Positions 1 through 9,186 of a DNA stretch of 64,000 nt are shown piece by piece. Position 1 is the stretch's first letter. The number at the start of each line of letters is the position of its first letter. The DNA is taken from assembly GCA_903945435.1 (NCBI GenBank), contig CAJAVM010000008.1:3812-67811 (forward strand), given 5' to 3'. Below the pieces are notes generated by a model that had not been told where the DNA came from, made no database searches, and saw nothing but the letters and a program-made list of their open reading frames with translations. This DNA is from an uncultured bacterium. Lineage in GTDB: Bacteria; Patescibacteriota; Patescibacteriia; Patescibacteriales; UBA12465. The translations under genes were made by a program, and so were the position numbers.

Positions 1-18
1 TTGAGAACGGAGGAGTTA

Positions 19-3018
19 ATGAATGACATGATAAAAAAAGACGCTTGGACATTTTTAACGTATGGTCATAAATTAGGTGGCCAGATGAGCGTTGAAGAGC
101 TTACAAATTATATTGATAAGGCTAGCGAATCATCCCCTTATGTTTTATTTAGCCAGATAAGAAAATATGCAAAAATTCCAGGGTTAGATATTGAACAATT
201 AGTAAAAAAACACTCAGTAAATTATCCATTAGGAGTTGTAGCGAGTGCTCCATTTTTAAGACGAGTAATGAGCGAACCAGATTTAATAAAAATGTTAGAG
301 GATGCGGCCCCGAAAGTTGAACCAGCTTCTTTTCTATTAGCTTTCCCAGAATGCAAGAATATTAAAAGCATTGCTTCATCGGAGATATTAAATAAAACCT
401 TACTAGATGCTGCGACTGCTATCCCAGGTAATTTTATTGGAGAGAATGTATCCGTCTTTAAAGAAATGAGTAAGATGTCTGATGCGGATATAGTTAAGAT
501 TGCAAATCAATTAGAGTCGAGCTCACCAGCTTATTATTTAGAGCAGATTCGATTTCTAAAAAATGTAAAAGGATTAGATTTAAGTAAGTCTATTAATAGT
601 ATATATAATAAAGATAAGGATACTAAGAGAAATTTTTTAATGAATGCTGGCTATTTTGTTGATATCCCAAATTTAGATTTAGCGACTAAAATAGAAGAAG
701 TTGGCCGAGGAGATAAGGGTACATTTTTAACAAAGGCTGAGACTTTTAAAAATGTCCCAGGACTTGATTTGGGGAAATTAATTACCGAATTTGCGCCTGC
801 GCAAGGAAGTAACTTCTTATATTCAGCCTCTCAATTCAAAGATATAAAAAATCTTGATTTACCTAAACTAATTACTGAAATTGCCCCTTTTTCTCAAAAT
901 GAACGCGACGTTTTTTTATCATCAGTTGACGGATTTAAAGATATTAAAAATCTTGATTTAGTTGGTTTAATTAATAAAACAGCCCCCCTCTCAGGGCAGT
1001 CTTTCATCTACAGTATTAATAATTTTAAGAATATTCCTGGACTGGATGTTAATGCTTTAATTAATCGTATTGCCCCTCAGCAAAGTAAACTTTTTCTAGA
1101 GAATATAAAAGATTTTAAAGATATTCCAAACTTAAATTTAGGTAATTTAGTGAATTTAGCTCTTCCTGAACAAGCAGGTATGCTGTTAGAAATAATGGAC
1201 GATATTAAAGATATCCCGGGGGTAAAATTTGATGTTATTATTGATAATCTATCAAAACAAAACCCAAGGTTCTTTTTAGCGAATATTAATATTTTTAATA
1301 ATATTATTCATTTTGATACTGAAAAGACATTATTAAAAATGGTTGATACCCATCCTAACTTAATCATAGAGAATGCTGAATGTCTAAAATGTATTAAGGA
1401 TAAGACAGTAAAATTAGAAACAATCGAAAGAGTTTTTTCTCTTTATCCTGAGGGCGCACGTAATAATAAAAAGTTGTTAGACATTGTAGAGAACCCTCAA
1501 CTAAAAGTGAATCAAGTTTTGAAGAAAATGCAAAATATGAACGCCATTTTATTACTTGATGACATGGTTAAAAATAATATGTCGGAAGAAGAAGCGCTTG
1601 CTATTACTGGTGATTCCAATAAGCTTTTACCGAAGTTATTGGATATTAAGGCTCGACCTGATCATTTAGCAAAAGTTGCTATTGATGAATCGTTGGCTTC
1701 TACTTGCCGCGAACTAGTCCTAGATATAAATTTTAGACATACCTTACCCGATGAGCCCCGCTTTAAATCAATCGCGAGTTTTAGCTCTAGAGAGTTGTAT
1801 ACAACTATGGTTTATGGTGAAGACGAAATTTACACATCTTCTTTTAATGGTTGTTTTGATAGGTTAGTTGGTAGACGGGGAGTTGCTGGTCGTCCGGGTA
1901 TTGTTGGAAAAATGGAAACAGAAAAAATTAATGGTCGTGATTTACTTGATCAAGTTGGTGATAATAAATTTAGAACTTTTGTTAAAGAATGTACTTGGTT
2001 TAATCGTTTAGAAGAATTTTTAGGGAAAATGGATAAAAAAGATTCTGATGCTTTATTGAAAAATGTCGTTAAAAATATTGAAACAACTGATAATAAATTA
2101 GATAACGCCTTAACTTTAGCAGAAATATTTGGCGGGACTAAAGATCCTAGCACGCTTCAATTATTACAGGAACAAGTAAAAGTTGAGGTTGAAAGATTAA
2201 GCAAGGATGAAAAAGCTGCCCCAGAAGATAAGGTGATGTATAATTTATTAGCGGGGATGTTTAAGGATAATGCCATTGTTGATAAAGAATGGTTTGCAAA
2301 AATAGCGCAAGAATATCCGATGGGTAAAGTTACAAACCTAGATTCTAAGGAGCTCTTTAATGAAAACGGTTTATGTGTACAAAAATATCATTTTTATGAA
2401 GGCGGAGATAAAGACGGGGTTACTTCTTTTCAAAATTTTATCGATACCTATAAAGCTGATACCGCTACTTGGAAGATAGACGATAGTAATACTAACTATG
2501 TAGTTATTACTGGGAAAAATGGTGCTAGAACGATTGAAATATATGCTAATAATCCGAACGCAGCCGATAGGGGTAAAGAAGGACTTAATGAAATCGATGA
2601 GTTGATTAGCGGTAAGCAGTTAACGGTAAACTTATATTCGTATCGTGGTCATAGTACTAATGTAAGTTTGGATGGTGTTACGGAAAAAACTAAGATTATT
2701 AATCTTGGGTCTTGTGGCGGATTTAATCGTGTAAACGAAATTCTTGATTTATCTCCAGAGAGTCATGTAATTTCGACTAAAGGAACCGGAACTAAATATG
2801 TTAATGATCCTATTTTTAAAGATTTAAACGATGATATTTTAGCTGGTAAGGATATAGACTGGAGGCAGTTCTGGGATAAGCAAGCTAAGAAATTATCAGG
2901 TAACCCTAATTTTGGAAGCTATGTACCGCCTCACAAAAATCAGGGGATGATGTATATGAAGGCTTTCCGTGAAAAAACTAATATAGCCTTGAATGAATCA
3001 TTAGCTGAAGAGGAATAA
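19..3018 (+). CDS. Large tandem-repeat protein (~1000 aa) with C-terminal globular domain; function unknown
   Basis: The ORF is open from nt 1. The best start is ATG at 19, preceded by GGAGG at 9-13. The N-terminal half is an array of ~30-33-aa repeats. The C-terminus carries R-G-H-S (His codon 2650-2652) and G-S-C-G-G (Cys codon 2713-2715). No signal peptide or TM segment seen. Confidence 0.75.
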   Translation: MNDMIKKDAWTFLTYGHKLGGQMSVEELTNYIDKASESSPYVLFSQIRKYAKIPGLDIEQLVKKHSVNYPLGVVASAPFLRRVMSEPDLIKMLEDAAPKVEPASFLLAFPECKNIKSIASSEILNKTLLDAATAIPGNFIGENVSVFKEMSKMSDADIVKIANQLESSSPAYYLEQIRFLKNVKGLDLSKSINSIYNKDKDTKRNFLMNAGYFVDIPNLDLATKIEEVGRGDKGTFLTKAETFKNVPGLDLGKLITEFAPAQGSNFLYSASQFKDIKNLDLPKLITEIAPFSQNERDVFLSSVDGFKDIKNLDLVGLINKTAPLSGQSFIYSINNFKNIPGLDVNALINRIAPQQSKLFLENIKDFKDIPNLNLGNLVNLALPEQAGMLLEIMDDIKDIPGVKFDVIIDNLSKQNPRFFLANINIFNNIIHFDTEKTLLKMVDTHPNLIIENAECLKCIKDKTVKLETIERVFSLYPEGARNNKKLLDIVENPQLKVNQVLKKMQNMNAILLLDDMVKNNMSEEEALAITGDSNKLLPKLLDIKARPDHLAKVAIDESLASTCRELVLDINFRHTLPDEPRFKSIASFSSRELYTTMVYGEDEIYTSSFNGCFDRLVGRRGVAGRPGIVGKMETEKINGRDLLDQVGDNKFRTFVKECTWFNRLEEFLGKMDKKDSDALLKNVVKNIETTDNKLDNALTLAEIFGGTKDPSTLQLLQEQVKVEVERLSKDEKAAPEDKVMYNLLAGMFKDNAIVDKEWFAKIAQEYPMGKVTNLDSKELFNENGLCVQKYHFYEGGDKDGVTSFQNFIDTYKADTATWKIDDSNTNYVVITGKNGARTIEIYANNPNAADRGKEGLNEIDELISGKQLTVNLYSYRGHSTNVSLDGVTEKTKIINLGSCGGFNRVNEILDLSPESHVISTKGTGTKYVNDPIFKDLNDDILAGKDIDWRQFWDKQAKKLSGNPNFGSYVPPHKNQGMMYMKAFREKTNIALNESLAEEE
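133..1455 (+). repeat. In-frame degenerate tandem repeats (~30-33 aa unit) inside the large protein
   Basis: At least 8 clear and several degenerate copies of the core [IV]-[PK]-[GN]-L-[DN]-[LIV]-x-x-L-[IV], usually preceded by F-K-[DN] and followed by x-x-[IT]-A-P. There are DNA-level echoes, e.g. gatataaaaaatcttgattta at 841 and gatattaaaaatcttgattta at 940. Confidence 0.8.
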
Positions 3019-3021
3019 TTT

Positions 3022-3639
3022 ATGATAAAAAATATTATATTTGATTGGTCGGGAGTAATTAAAGATTCTGTTGAGGATCATCTTTTTTCTGTAAATTTAA
3101 TATTTAAAGAATTTGGCGCTCAGGAGATGACTTTGGAGGAACTAAAAGAAAATTGGGTGCAACCACACATGGATTTTTATAATAAATTTTTACCGGAGGT
3201 TAGTTCTGAACAACAGGAAGTAATTTATAGAAAAGCAATTACCCAACGTGTACCAAAACCATACCCCGGAGTCGCTGACTTAATTAGAGATTTAAAATTA
3301 CATGATTTTAAAATGGTTGTAATTAGCTCTGATCTTTTAGAAACCGTAACACCGGAAGTTATTAGCTTTGGTTTAGAAAATAATTTTCTAGAAATTGCCG
3401 CTAATGTTTATGATAAAGAAAAAACAGTTGCGGAATTAATAAAAAAATATAATTTTGATAAATACGAAACCGTAATAGTTGGCGACTCAAATCATGAGTT
3501 AGAAGTTGGAAAAAACATCGGAATAAAAACTGTCGCGACGACTTGGGGATTTACTACAGAAAAAAGATTAAGCACTCTACATCCAGATTTAATCGTTCAT
3601 AATTTATATGAATTGAGAGACGCATTTTTTAAATTATAG
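3022..3639 (+). CDS. HAD-superfamily hydrolase (phosphatase-like)
   Basis: 205 aa. Motif I is I-I-F-D-W-S-G-V near the N-terminus, motif II-like is V-I-S-S-D, and motif IV-like is V-G-D-S-N-H-E. Starts 3 nt after the preceding stop. Confidence 0.75.
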   Translation: MIKNIIFDWSGVIKDSVEDHLFSVNLIFKEFGAQEMTLEELKENWVQPHMDFYNKFLPEVSSEQQEVIYRKAITQRVPKPYPGVADLIRDLKLHDFKMVVISSDLLETVTPEVISFGLENNFLEIAANVYDKEKTVAELIKKYNFDKYETVIVGDSNHELEVGKNIGIKTVATTWGFTTEKRLSTLHPDLIVHNLYELRDAFFKL

Positions 3640-3649
3640 AAATATAAAT

Positions 3650-4339
3650 ATGACAGAGAAATTTCAGCGAATTAAAGAAATTGTAGAAGATGAATTAAAT
3701 GAGGCAAAAGATTCTGCTCATGATATTGACCATATTATGCGAGTCTATAACTTAGCGATGACTCTCGTAAAGACGGAGGCGCCAGTTGATATGGATGTAG
3801 TGCGAGCGGCAGTTTTGCTTCATGATATTGGTGGTGCTAAAGAAGCGGCCGATATTAGCGGTAAGACTGATCACGCAGTTGTTGGCGCAGAAATGGCAGG
3901 ACCGATATTAAAAGATTTTGATTTTTCTGATGAACAAATTAAACACGTTCAGGCTTGTATATTATCACATCGTTATCGTACTAATAATAAACCGGAAACT
4001 CTTGAGGCGAAGATTGTTCATGATGCTGATAAGCTAGATGCTGTTGGGGCGATTGGTGTTGCGCGTTCATTTGCTTGGATTGGTAAATATAAAGCTAAAA
4101 TATATAAACCAGCTGAGAATCTTGAAGCGTATGCTAAGGAAAATCTAATTGATGGGAAAATGAATGGTCGCATAATTGATAAATCAAAACATAGTATCCA
4201 GATAAATTATGAGACTAAAGATAAATATGCTTTAGAAAATTTATATACCGATTCTGCTAAAAAACTTGGTCAAGAAAGAATGATTTATTTCCAAGAATTT
4301 TTGAAAAGGTTAGAGCGGGAAGTAAAAGGGGAGTTATAG
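3650..4339 (+). CDS. HD-domain metal-dependent phosphohydrolase
   Basis: 229 aa with H-D-I-D-H, L-L-H-D-I-G-G and H-D-A-D-K-L-D motifs typical of the HD superfamily. Confidence 0.8.
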   Translation: MTEKFQRIKEIVEDELNEAKDSAHDIDHIMRVYNLAMTLVKTEAPVDMDVVRAAVLLHDIGGAKEAADISGKTDHAVVGAEMAGPILKDFDFSDEQIKHVQACILSHRYRTNNKPETLEAKIVHDADKLDAVGAIGVARSFAWIGKYKAKIYKPAENLEAYAKENLIDGKMNGRIIDKSKHSIQINYETKDKYALENLYTDSAKKLGQERMIYFQEFLKRLEREVKGEL

Positions 4340-4377
4340 ATTTATCCCTTGCGGTATTAAGAATTAATATTACAACC

Positions 4378-4402
4378 AAACACCTGAAAAGGTGTTTTTT
4401 TG
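4378..4402 (+). terminator. Rho-independent terminator after the HD gene
   Basis: Stem aaacacc (4378-4384), loop tgaaaa, stem ggtgttt (4391-4397), followed by a T-run. Confidence 0.7.
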
Positions 4403-4496
4403 TTTATAAAATCTTTAAGAAAACTTTAAGAAAGCATAAGGTGTGTTTTGCTATTATTAAATATAGGTAATTAACTTAAATTTTAATAATAAAATT

Positions 4497-5480
4497 ATGA
4501 AAAAGCAGAACAATCAAAAAAAACAAGCGGTAATTTATCAAACTAAAACCGGAGCAATCGAGTTAAGTGGAGATGTGACTAATGAAACAATTTGGGCGAC
4601 TCAAGCCCAGATTGTTAAACTTTTTAATGTTGACCAATCTGTTATATCTCGTCATATAAATAATATCTTTAAAGACGGCGAGGTTATTTCAAAAGGCAAT
4701 ATGCAAAAAATGCATATTGCAAAGTCAGATAAGCCAGTGATGGTTTATTCTCTTGATATTATATTGAGCGTTGGTTATCGTACAAATTCTAAAATCGCAA
4801 TAGAATTCCGCAAATGGGCGACTAAAACTTTGCGCAGTTATATTACTACTGGTTTTGCTATTAATAAGAATAGAATTGTTAAAAATTATCAACAATTTTT
4901 AACGGCGGTTGAAGATGTGAAACATTTTCTGCCGGCTAATAAAAGTATAGACGCTGGAAGCGTCCTTGAGCTTATCAGCTTATTCGCCGATACCTGGTTT
5001 TCATTAAGCGCTTATGATAACGATTTTCCTGCGGTTAAAGGTGTTACTAAAAAGAAGGTAAATTTAACCGCAGATATGCTTTCTTTGAGTTTGGTGCAGT
5101 TGAAATCAGCATTAATTAAAAAACAAGAAGCTACTGAGCTTTTTGGTTTAGAAAAAAATCTAAATAGTATTTCTGGTATAGTCGGTAATATAATGCAAAC
5201 ATTTGATGGACGTGATTTATATCATAGTATTGAGGAAAAGGCGGCTCATCTTTTGTATTTTATGGTTAAAAATCATCCATTTGTTGATGGAAATAAGCGA
5301 AGCGGAGCTTACGCGTTCATTTGGTTTTTGCGACAGACAAAAGTTTTAGATGTTAATAAAATGACTCCAGTCGCGTTAACCGCCTTAACTTTGTTAGTTG
5401 CTGAAAGCAATCCCAAAGAAAAAGATAGAATTATTAGATTAATCCTAATGTTGCTAAATAAAAAAAGTGTTATAATATAA
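4497..5480 (+). CDS. RhuM-like N-terminal domain fused to a Fic/Doc domain (Doc-type motif)
   Basis: 327 aa. The N-terminus (..AQIVKLFNVDQSVISRHINNIFKDGEV..) resembles the RhuM family. The C-terminal part has H-P-F-V-D-G-N-K-R-S-G (5274-5306), a Fic core motif with the Doc-type N-K-R. Confidence 0.75.
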   Translation: MKKQNNQKKQAVIYQTKTGAIELSGDVTNETIWATQAQIVKLFNVDQSVISRHINNIFKDGEVISKGNMQKMHIAKSDKPVMVYSLDIILSVGYRTNSKIAIEFRKWATKTLRSYITTGFAINKNRIVKNYQQFLTAVEDVKHFLPANKSIDAGSVLELISLFADTWFSLSAYDNDFPAVKGVTKKKVNLTADMLSLSLVQLKSALIKKQEATELFGLEKNLNSISGIVGNIMQTFDGRDLYHSIEEKAAHLLYFMVKNHPFVDGNKRSGAYAFIWFLRQTKVLDVNKMTPVALTALTLLVAESNPKEKDRIIRLILMLLNKKSVII

Positions 5481-5568
5481 GTATATTGATACAAATATTA
5501 ATAATAATCTCAATTTAACCAAACGCTCAACCAAAATAAATTTTCGAATAATGGAAAAATAAAAATAT

Positions 5569-6144
5569 ATGAAAAAAATAATTTTAGCTTCGACCTCACC
5601 TCGACGTAAGGAGCTATTTGAAAGATTAGGTCTCCCGTTTGTAATTGAAGCGCCTGATTACGAAGAGGATATGACTTTAAAAATGCCACCCTTGAAATTG
5701 GTTAAATTTTTATCACGTGGTAAAGCGGAGTCAGTTGCTAAAAATCATAAGACGGGCGTAATAATTAGCGCTGATACTTTTGTAGTCTTTAATAATCATT
5801 TGCTTGGTAAGCCAAAGAGTAAATTAGAAGCTAGGGAGATGTTGAAAAAGTTGAGTGGTAAACGGGTTGATGTGTTAACAGGAATGACTTTAATCGATAT
5901 TGATTCTTCAAAAAAAAATAGCTCGACTGATGTTACTAAAGTATATATAAGAAGATTAAGTGAGCGAGAAATTGATAACTATATTAAATCGGGCGAGCCG
6001 ATGGATAAGGCTGGCGCTTTTGCAATTCAAGGACTGGGGGCAGTAATTATCAAAAAAATAGAAGGAGATTTTTTAGGTTCAATGGGGTTACCATTATTTA
6101 AATTAGCTCAGGAACTTAAAAAAATCGGAATTAATGTATTATAA
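5569..6144 (+). CDS. maf: Maf-like nucleoside triphosphate pyrophosphatase
   Basis: 191 aa. N-terminal I-L-A-S-T-S-P-R-R-K-E-L and G-A-F-A-I-Q-G are typical of Maf/YhdE proteins. Confidence 0.85.
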   Translation: MKKIILASTSPRRKELFERLGLPFVIEAPDYEEDMTLKMPPLKLVKFLSRGKAESVAKNHKTGVIISADTFVVFNNHLLGKPKSKLEAREMLKKLSGKRVDVLTGMTLIDIDSSKKNSSTDVTKVYIRRLSEREIDNYIKSGEPMDKAGAFAIQGLGAVIIKKIEGDFLGSMGLPLFKLAQELKKIGINVL

Positions 6145-6174
6145 GGGCGTTGTGGGGATTGGCTGATGTGGGAC

Positions 6175-6203
6175 TTGAAGCAATTTAAAAACTTTGTTAC
6201 AAT
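6175..6203 (+). promoter_or_regulatory. Putative sigma-70-type promoter for rpsD
   Basis: TTGAAG (6175-6180), a 17-nt spacer ending in TGT, then TACAAT (6198-6203). Lies ~57 nt upstream of the rpsD ATG. Confidence 0.45.
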
Positions 6204-6259
6204 ATTATTCCTAGAATTGAAAGGGTGATGTCAGCTATTAATTATTTAATTATTTAAAT

Positions 6260-6841
6260 ATGGCCAGACACACAAAAATTACCCTGAAAAAGCGCCAAAA
6301 ATTTGGGCTAGCACCCGAGAGCGCAAGTATCAGAAGAAAAAATCAAGTAAAACCAAGAAAATCAGCTTATGGCGAAAGGCTTGAACAAAAGCAAAAACTA
6401 AAGTTGATTTATGGTGTAATGGAACATCAAATGACCCGTTATGTTCGCGAGGCTTTTAGCGGCCAAGAGGATGCTCAAGCGGAGTTGATGCGTAAGTTAG
6501 AAAATCGTTTAGATAATGTCGTATATCGTTTAGGGTTTGGGAAAACTAGAGAACAGGCAAGACAACTAGTAAATCATGGCCATGTTTTGGTTGATGGTTC
6601 TAAAGTCGATATCCCGTCTTATAGTTTAAAGCAGGGACAAGTTGTTAGTTTTAAGGACAAGACTCTTAAGAAGCGCTTTTTCTCTGAACAGATTGAAGTT
6701 AATCGTAAGGCTTTAAATCCAGTTAGCTATTTGAGTTACGAGGTTGGTTCAGGACGAGTATTAAGCTCGCCACAACCGGTTGACTTTGCTCAAAATGTCG
6801 ATATTTCCAAAGTTATGGAATTCTATCGCAAGATGATTTAA
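6260..6841 (+). CDS. rpsD: 30S ribosomal protein S4
   Basis: 193 aa with the S4 N-terminal region and the S4 RNA-binding domain (R-L-D-N-V-V-Y-R-L-G-F..R..A-R-Q-L-V-N-H-G-H-V-L-V-D-G). Confidence 0.95.
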   Translation: MARHTKITLKKRQKFGLAPESASIRRKNQVKPRKSAYGERLEQKQKLKLIYGVMEHQMTRYVREAFSGQEDAQAELMRKLENRLDNVVYRLGFGKTREQARQLVNHGHVLVDGSKVDIPSYSLKQGQVVSFKDKTLKKRFFSEQIEVNRKALNPVSYLSYEVGSGRVLSSPQPVDFAQNVDISKVMEFYRKMI

Positions 6842-6860
6842 GTTACAATTTATACATAAA

Positions 6861-6890
6861 AAGACCTGATTTACTTCAGGTTTTTTTTAT
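6861..6890 (+). terminator. Rho-independent terminator after rpsD
   Basis: acctga (6864-6869) pairs with tcaggt (6876-6881). An A-run lies upstream and a T-run of ~9 downstream. Confidence 0.7.
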
Positions 6891-6920
6891 TTTTAATTTA
6901 TGGGAATTTAAGGTCATTTT

Positions 6921-6929
6921 TGCTATAAT
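6921..6929 (+). promoter_or_regulatory. Extended -10 element (TGcTATAAT)
   Basis: tgctataat sits ~30 nt upstream of the 6960 start. Confidence 0.4.
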
Positions 6930-6959
6930 ATAGATAGTTATAAATTTATAATTAATTAT

Positions 6960-7517
6960 ATGGAAATAGAAAAAGTAGAGGTAATAGACAACAAAATAAC
7001 TAGTATATTAAGTAGGACGAGATTAATAACCGCAATCCAGTTTACTGCTCTACTGGCAATCGCTGTTTTTGCGCCGATATCTAATAACCAAATAATTACT
7101 GGTTCTTTAGTTAACGCGACTTTGTTTATTGCGGCAGCAATACTAGGTTTAGAAGGGGCGATTTTGATAGCCCTATTACCTAGTTCTTTCGCTTTGTTAT
7201 TTGGAACTTTGCCGATGGCCTTAGCACCGCTGGTTCCATTTATAATCTTAAGCAATATTTTGTTAGTTTTATTTGTAGTCTCTTTTAAAAACGATAGTAA
7301 ATGGTGGGTTTTCCCAAGCGCCGCTATTATAAAATTCCTATTTTTGTTTAGTACATCTATTTGGGCAATTGAATTATTGTTTCACGGTAGTTTAGTAAAA
7401 ACTGCCTCGGTTATGTTTAGTTGGCCACAGCTTGTAACCGCTTTAATTGGAGGCGCAATCGCCCTTGTCTTAATAAAAAAATCTGCTAATATGAGGCTAT
7501 ATGACAACCGAAAATAA
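6960..7517 (+). CDS. Small polytopic membrane protein (ECF S-component-like size/topology); function unknown
   Basis: 185 aa with about 5-6 hydrophobic segments. The 3' end overlaps the gltX start by 17 nt. Confidence 0.6.
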   Translation: MEIEKVEVIDNKITSILSRTRLITAIQFTALLAIAVFAPISNNQIITGSLVNATLFIAAAILGLEGAILIALLPSSFALLFGTLPMALAPLVPFIILSNILLVLFVVSFKNDSKWWVFPSAAIIKFLFLFSTSIWAIELLFHGSLVKTASVMFSWPQLVTALIGGAIALVLIKKSANMRLYDNRK

Positions 7518-9186
7518 AGAAAACTTAAAAAAACTAGCGGCGGCTCTTTTGCCTGAGGCGACTTTATCTATTGAAGAAATAGTTGAAACATATCCTCCCC
7601 GAAAATTATCAAAAGACGCAATCGTTACTCGAATTGCACCAAGTCCAACCGGTTTTATGCATATTGGTGGAATTTATGCGGCTTTAATACCGGAGCGACT
7701 AGGCCATCAATCTGGTGGAGTTTTTTATTTAAGAATTGAAGATACTGATAAAAAGAGAGAAGTCGAAGGGGCAACTGAATTAATTGTAAATTCTTTGAAA
7801 GCGTTTAATATAAAACCTGACGAAGGCCAAATCGGCTCAAATCGTGAAATTGGCGATTATGGTCCATACAAACAAAGTGAACGTAAATTAATTTATCAGG
7901 CATTTGTAAAAAAATTGATAGAAGATGGCGATGCTTATCCAGCTTTTGAAACAATTGATGAACTTGGAAAAATAACCGAACAACAAACAGCGGAAAAAAT
8001 TGCTCCTGGATATTATGATAAGTGGGCAACTTGGCGTCATAAAACAACCGAAGACGCTTTCGCCGCTTTAGAAAAAGGCTTAACTCCCGTTATTAGATTA
8101 AAATCAACAGGAGACTTACAAAAATTTATTTTAATTGAAGATTTATTTAAAGGTAAATTACGTTTACCGGAAAATAATCAAGATATTGTAATTCTAAAAT
8201 CAGACGGCCTACCGACTTATCATTTCGCACATCTTATCGATGATCATTTCATGGGAACAACTCATGTTATTCGTGGAGATGAATGGCTCGCTTCGCTCGC
8301 CCTGCATGTTCAATTATTTAGAAAAATGAATTGGGAGCTTCCAAAATATGGTCACATCGCGCCGATTCAAAAACTCGATGGAACTTCTCGCCGTAAATTA
8401 AGTAAGCGCCATGACCCAGAAGCAAACGTTGCTTTTTATGAAGCAGCTGGATATCCGGCGGAAGTAGTAATAATGTATTTATTAAATTTAGCTAACTCTG
8501 GTTTTGAAAAATGGCTTAATGAAAATCCAAACGAAAAATTAGAAAATTATAAATTATCAATCGAAGAACTAAAGAAAGGTTCAGGTGCTCTTTTGGATTT
8601 AGTTAAAATGGATAGTTTTGGGAAAGAATATATCGGTCGTTTGTCGGCGGAGAATATGGCTGCGCTCGCACTTAGATGGGCAAAAAAATATGACGACGAA
8701 CTTGCTGGTCTAATGGAGTACGATATGAATTATACAATTCAGATTTTAAATATCGAAAGAGAAAATGTAAAAGCGCGTAAAGATATAAGTAAATGGTCCG
8801 ATGTCCGTTCTCAGATTGGTTTTTTCTTTGATAGTTTATTTACAAAGCAGGGAATCAATATGGATGAGCTCGCGGGTTGTGATTTAAAAAGTGTAAAAGA
8901 AGTAGCCGCTATGGTTGCAGAAAAATATAATCCAACTGCTGATAAAGAGGCCTGGCTACAAAATATGCGCGAAATTAGCGTTGAGCTTGGTTATGCGCCC
9001 GATGCTAAAACTTTTAAACAAGAACCAGAAAAATATAAAGGAAACTTTGGTGATATGGCGAAGATTGTTCGCGTACTGCTGGTTGGAAAAAATCAGTCAC
9101 CTGATTTATATGAAGTGATGCAAGTCTTGGGAGCTGAAAAAGTTAACCATCGGCTTACTTCTAATATATGGTCGGCAAAAAAATAA
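7501..9186 (+). CDS. gltX: Glutamyl-tRNA synthetase (long form)
   Basis: 561 aa. Class I motifs P-S-P-T-G-F-M-H-I-G-G (HIGH) and K-L-S-K-R (KMSKS). Confidence 0.9.
   Translation: MTTENKENLKKLAAALLPEATLSIEEIVETYPPRKLSKDAIVTRIAPSPTGFMHIGGIYAALIPERLGHQSGGVFYLRIEDTDKKREVEGATELIVNSLKAFNIKPDEGQIGSNREIGDYGPYKQSERKLIYQAFVKKLIEDGDAYPAFETIDELGKITEQQTAEKIAPGYYDKWATWRHKTTEDAFAALEKGLTPVIRLKSTGDLQKFILIEDLFKGKLRLPENNQDIVILKSDGLPTYHFAHLIDDHFMGTTHVIRGDEWLASLALHVQLFRKMNWELPKYGHIAPIQKLDGTSRRKLSKRHDPEANVAFYEAAGYPAEVVIMYLLNLANSGFEKWLNENPNEKLENYKLSIEELKKGSGALLDLVKMDSFGKEYIGRLSAENMAALALRWAKKYDDELAGLMEYDMNYTIQILNIERENVKARKDISKWSDVRSQIGFFFDSLFTKQGINMDELAGCDLKSVKEVAAMVAEKYNPTADKEAWLQNMREISVELGYAPDAKTFKQEPEKYKGNFGDMAKIVRVLLVGKNQSPDLYEVMQVLGAEKVNHRLTSNIWSAKK

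Noticed and set aside
2640-2720. Assigning the C-terminal domain of the repeat protein to clan-CD caspase-like peptidases, YkuD L,D-transpeptidases or class-I glutamine amidotransferases
   Set aside because: The His-to-Cys order fits clan CD and YkuD, and G-x-C-x-G fits GATase-1. However, the 21-residue spacing, the lack of H-G and of the C-[IV]-R context, and the absence of a downstream H-x-E pair each conflict with one of these families. I left it as an unplaced His/Cys domain.
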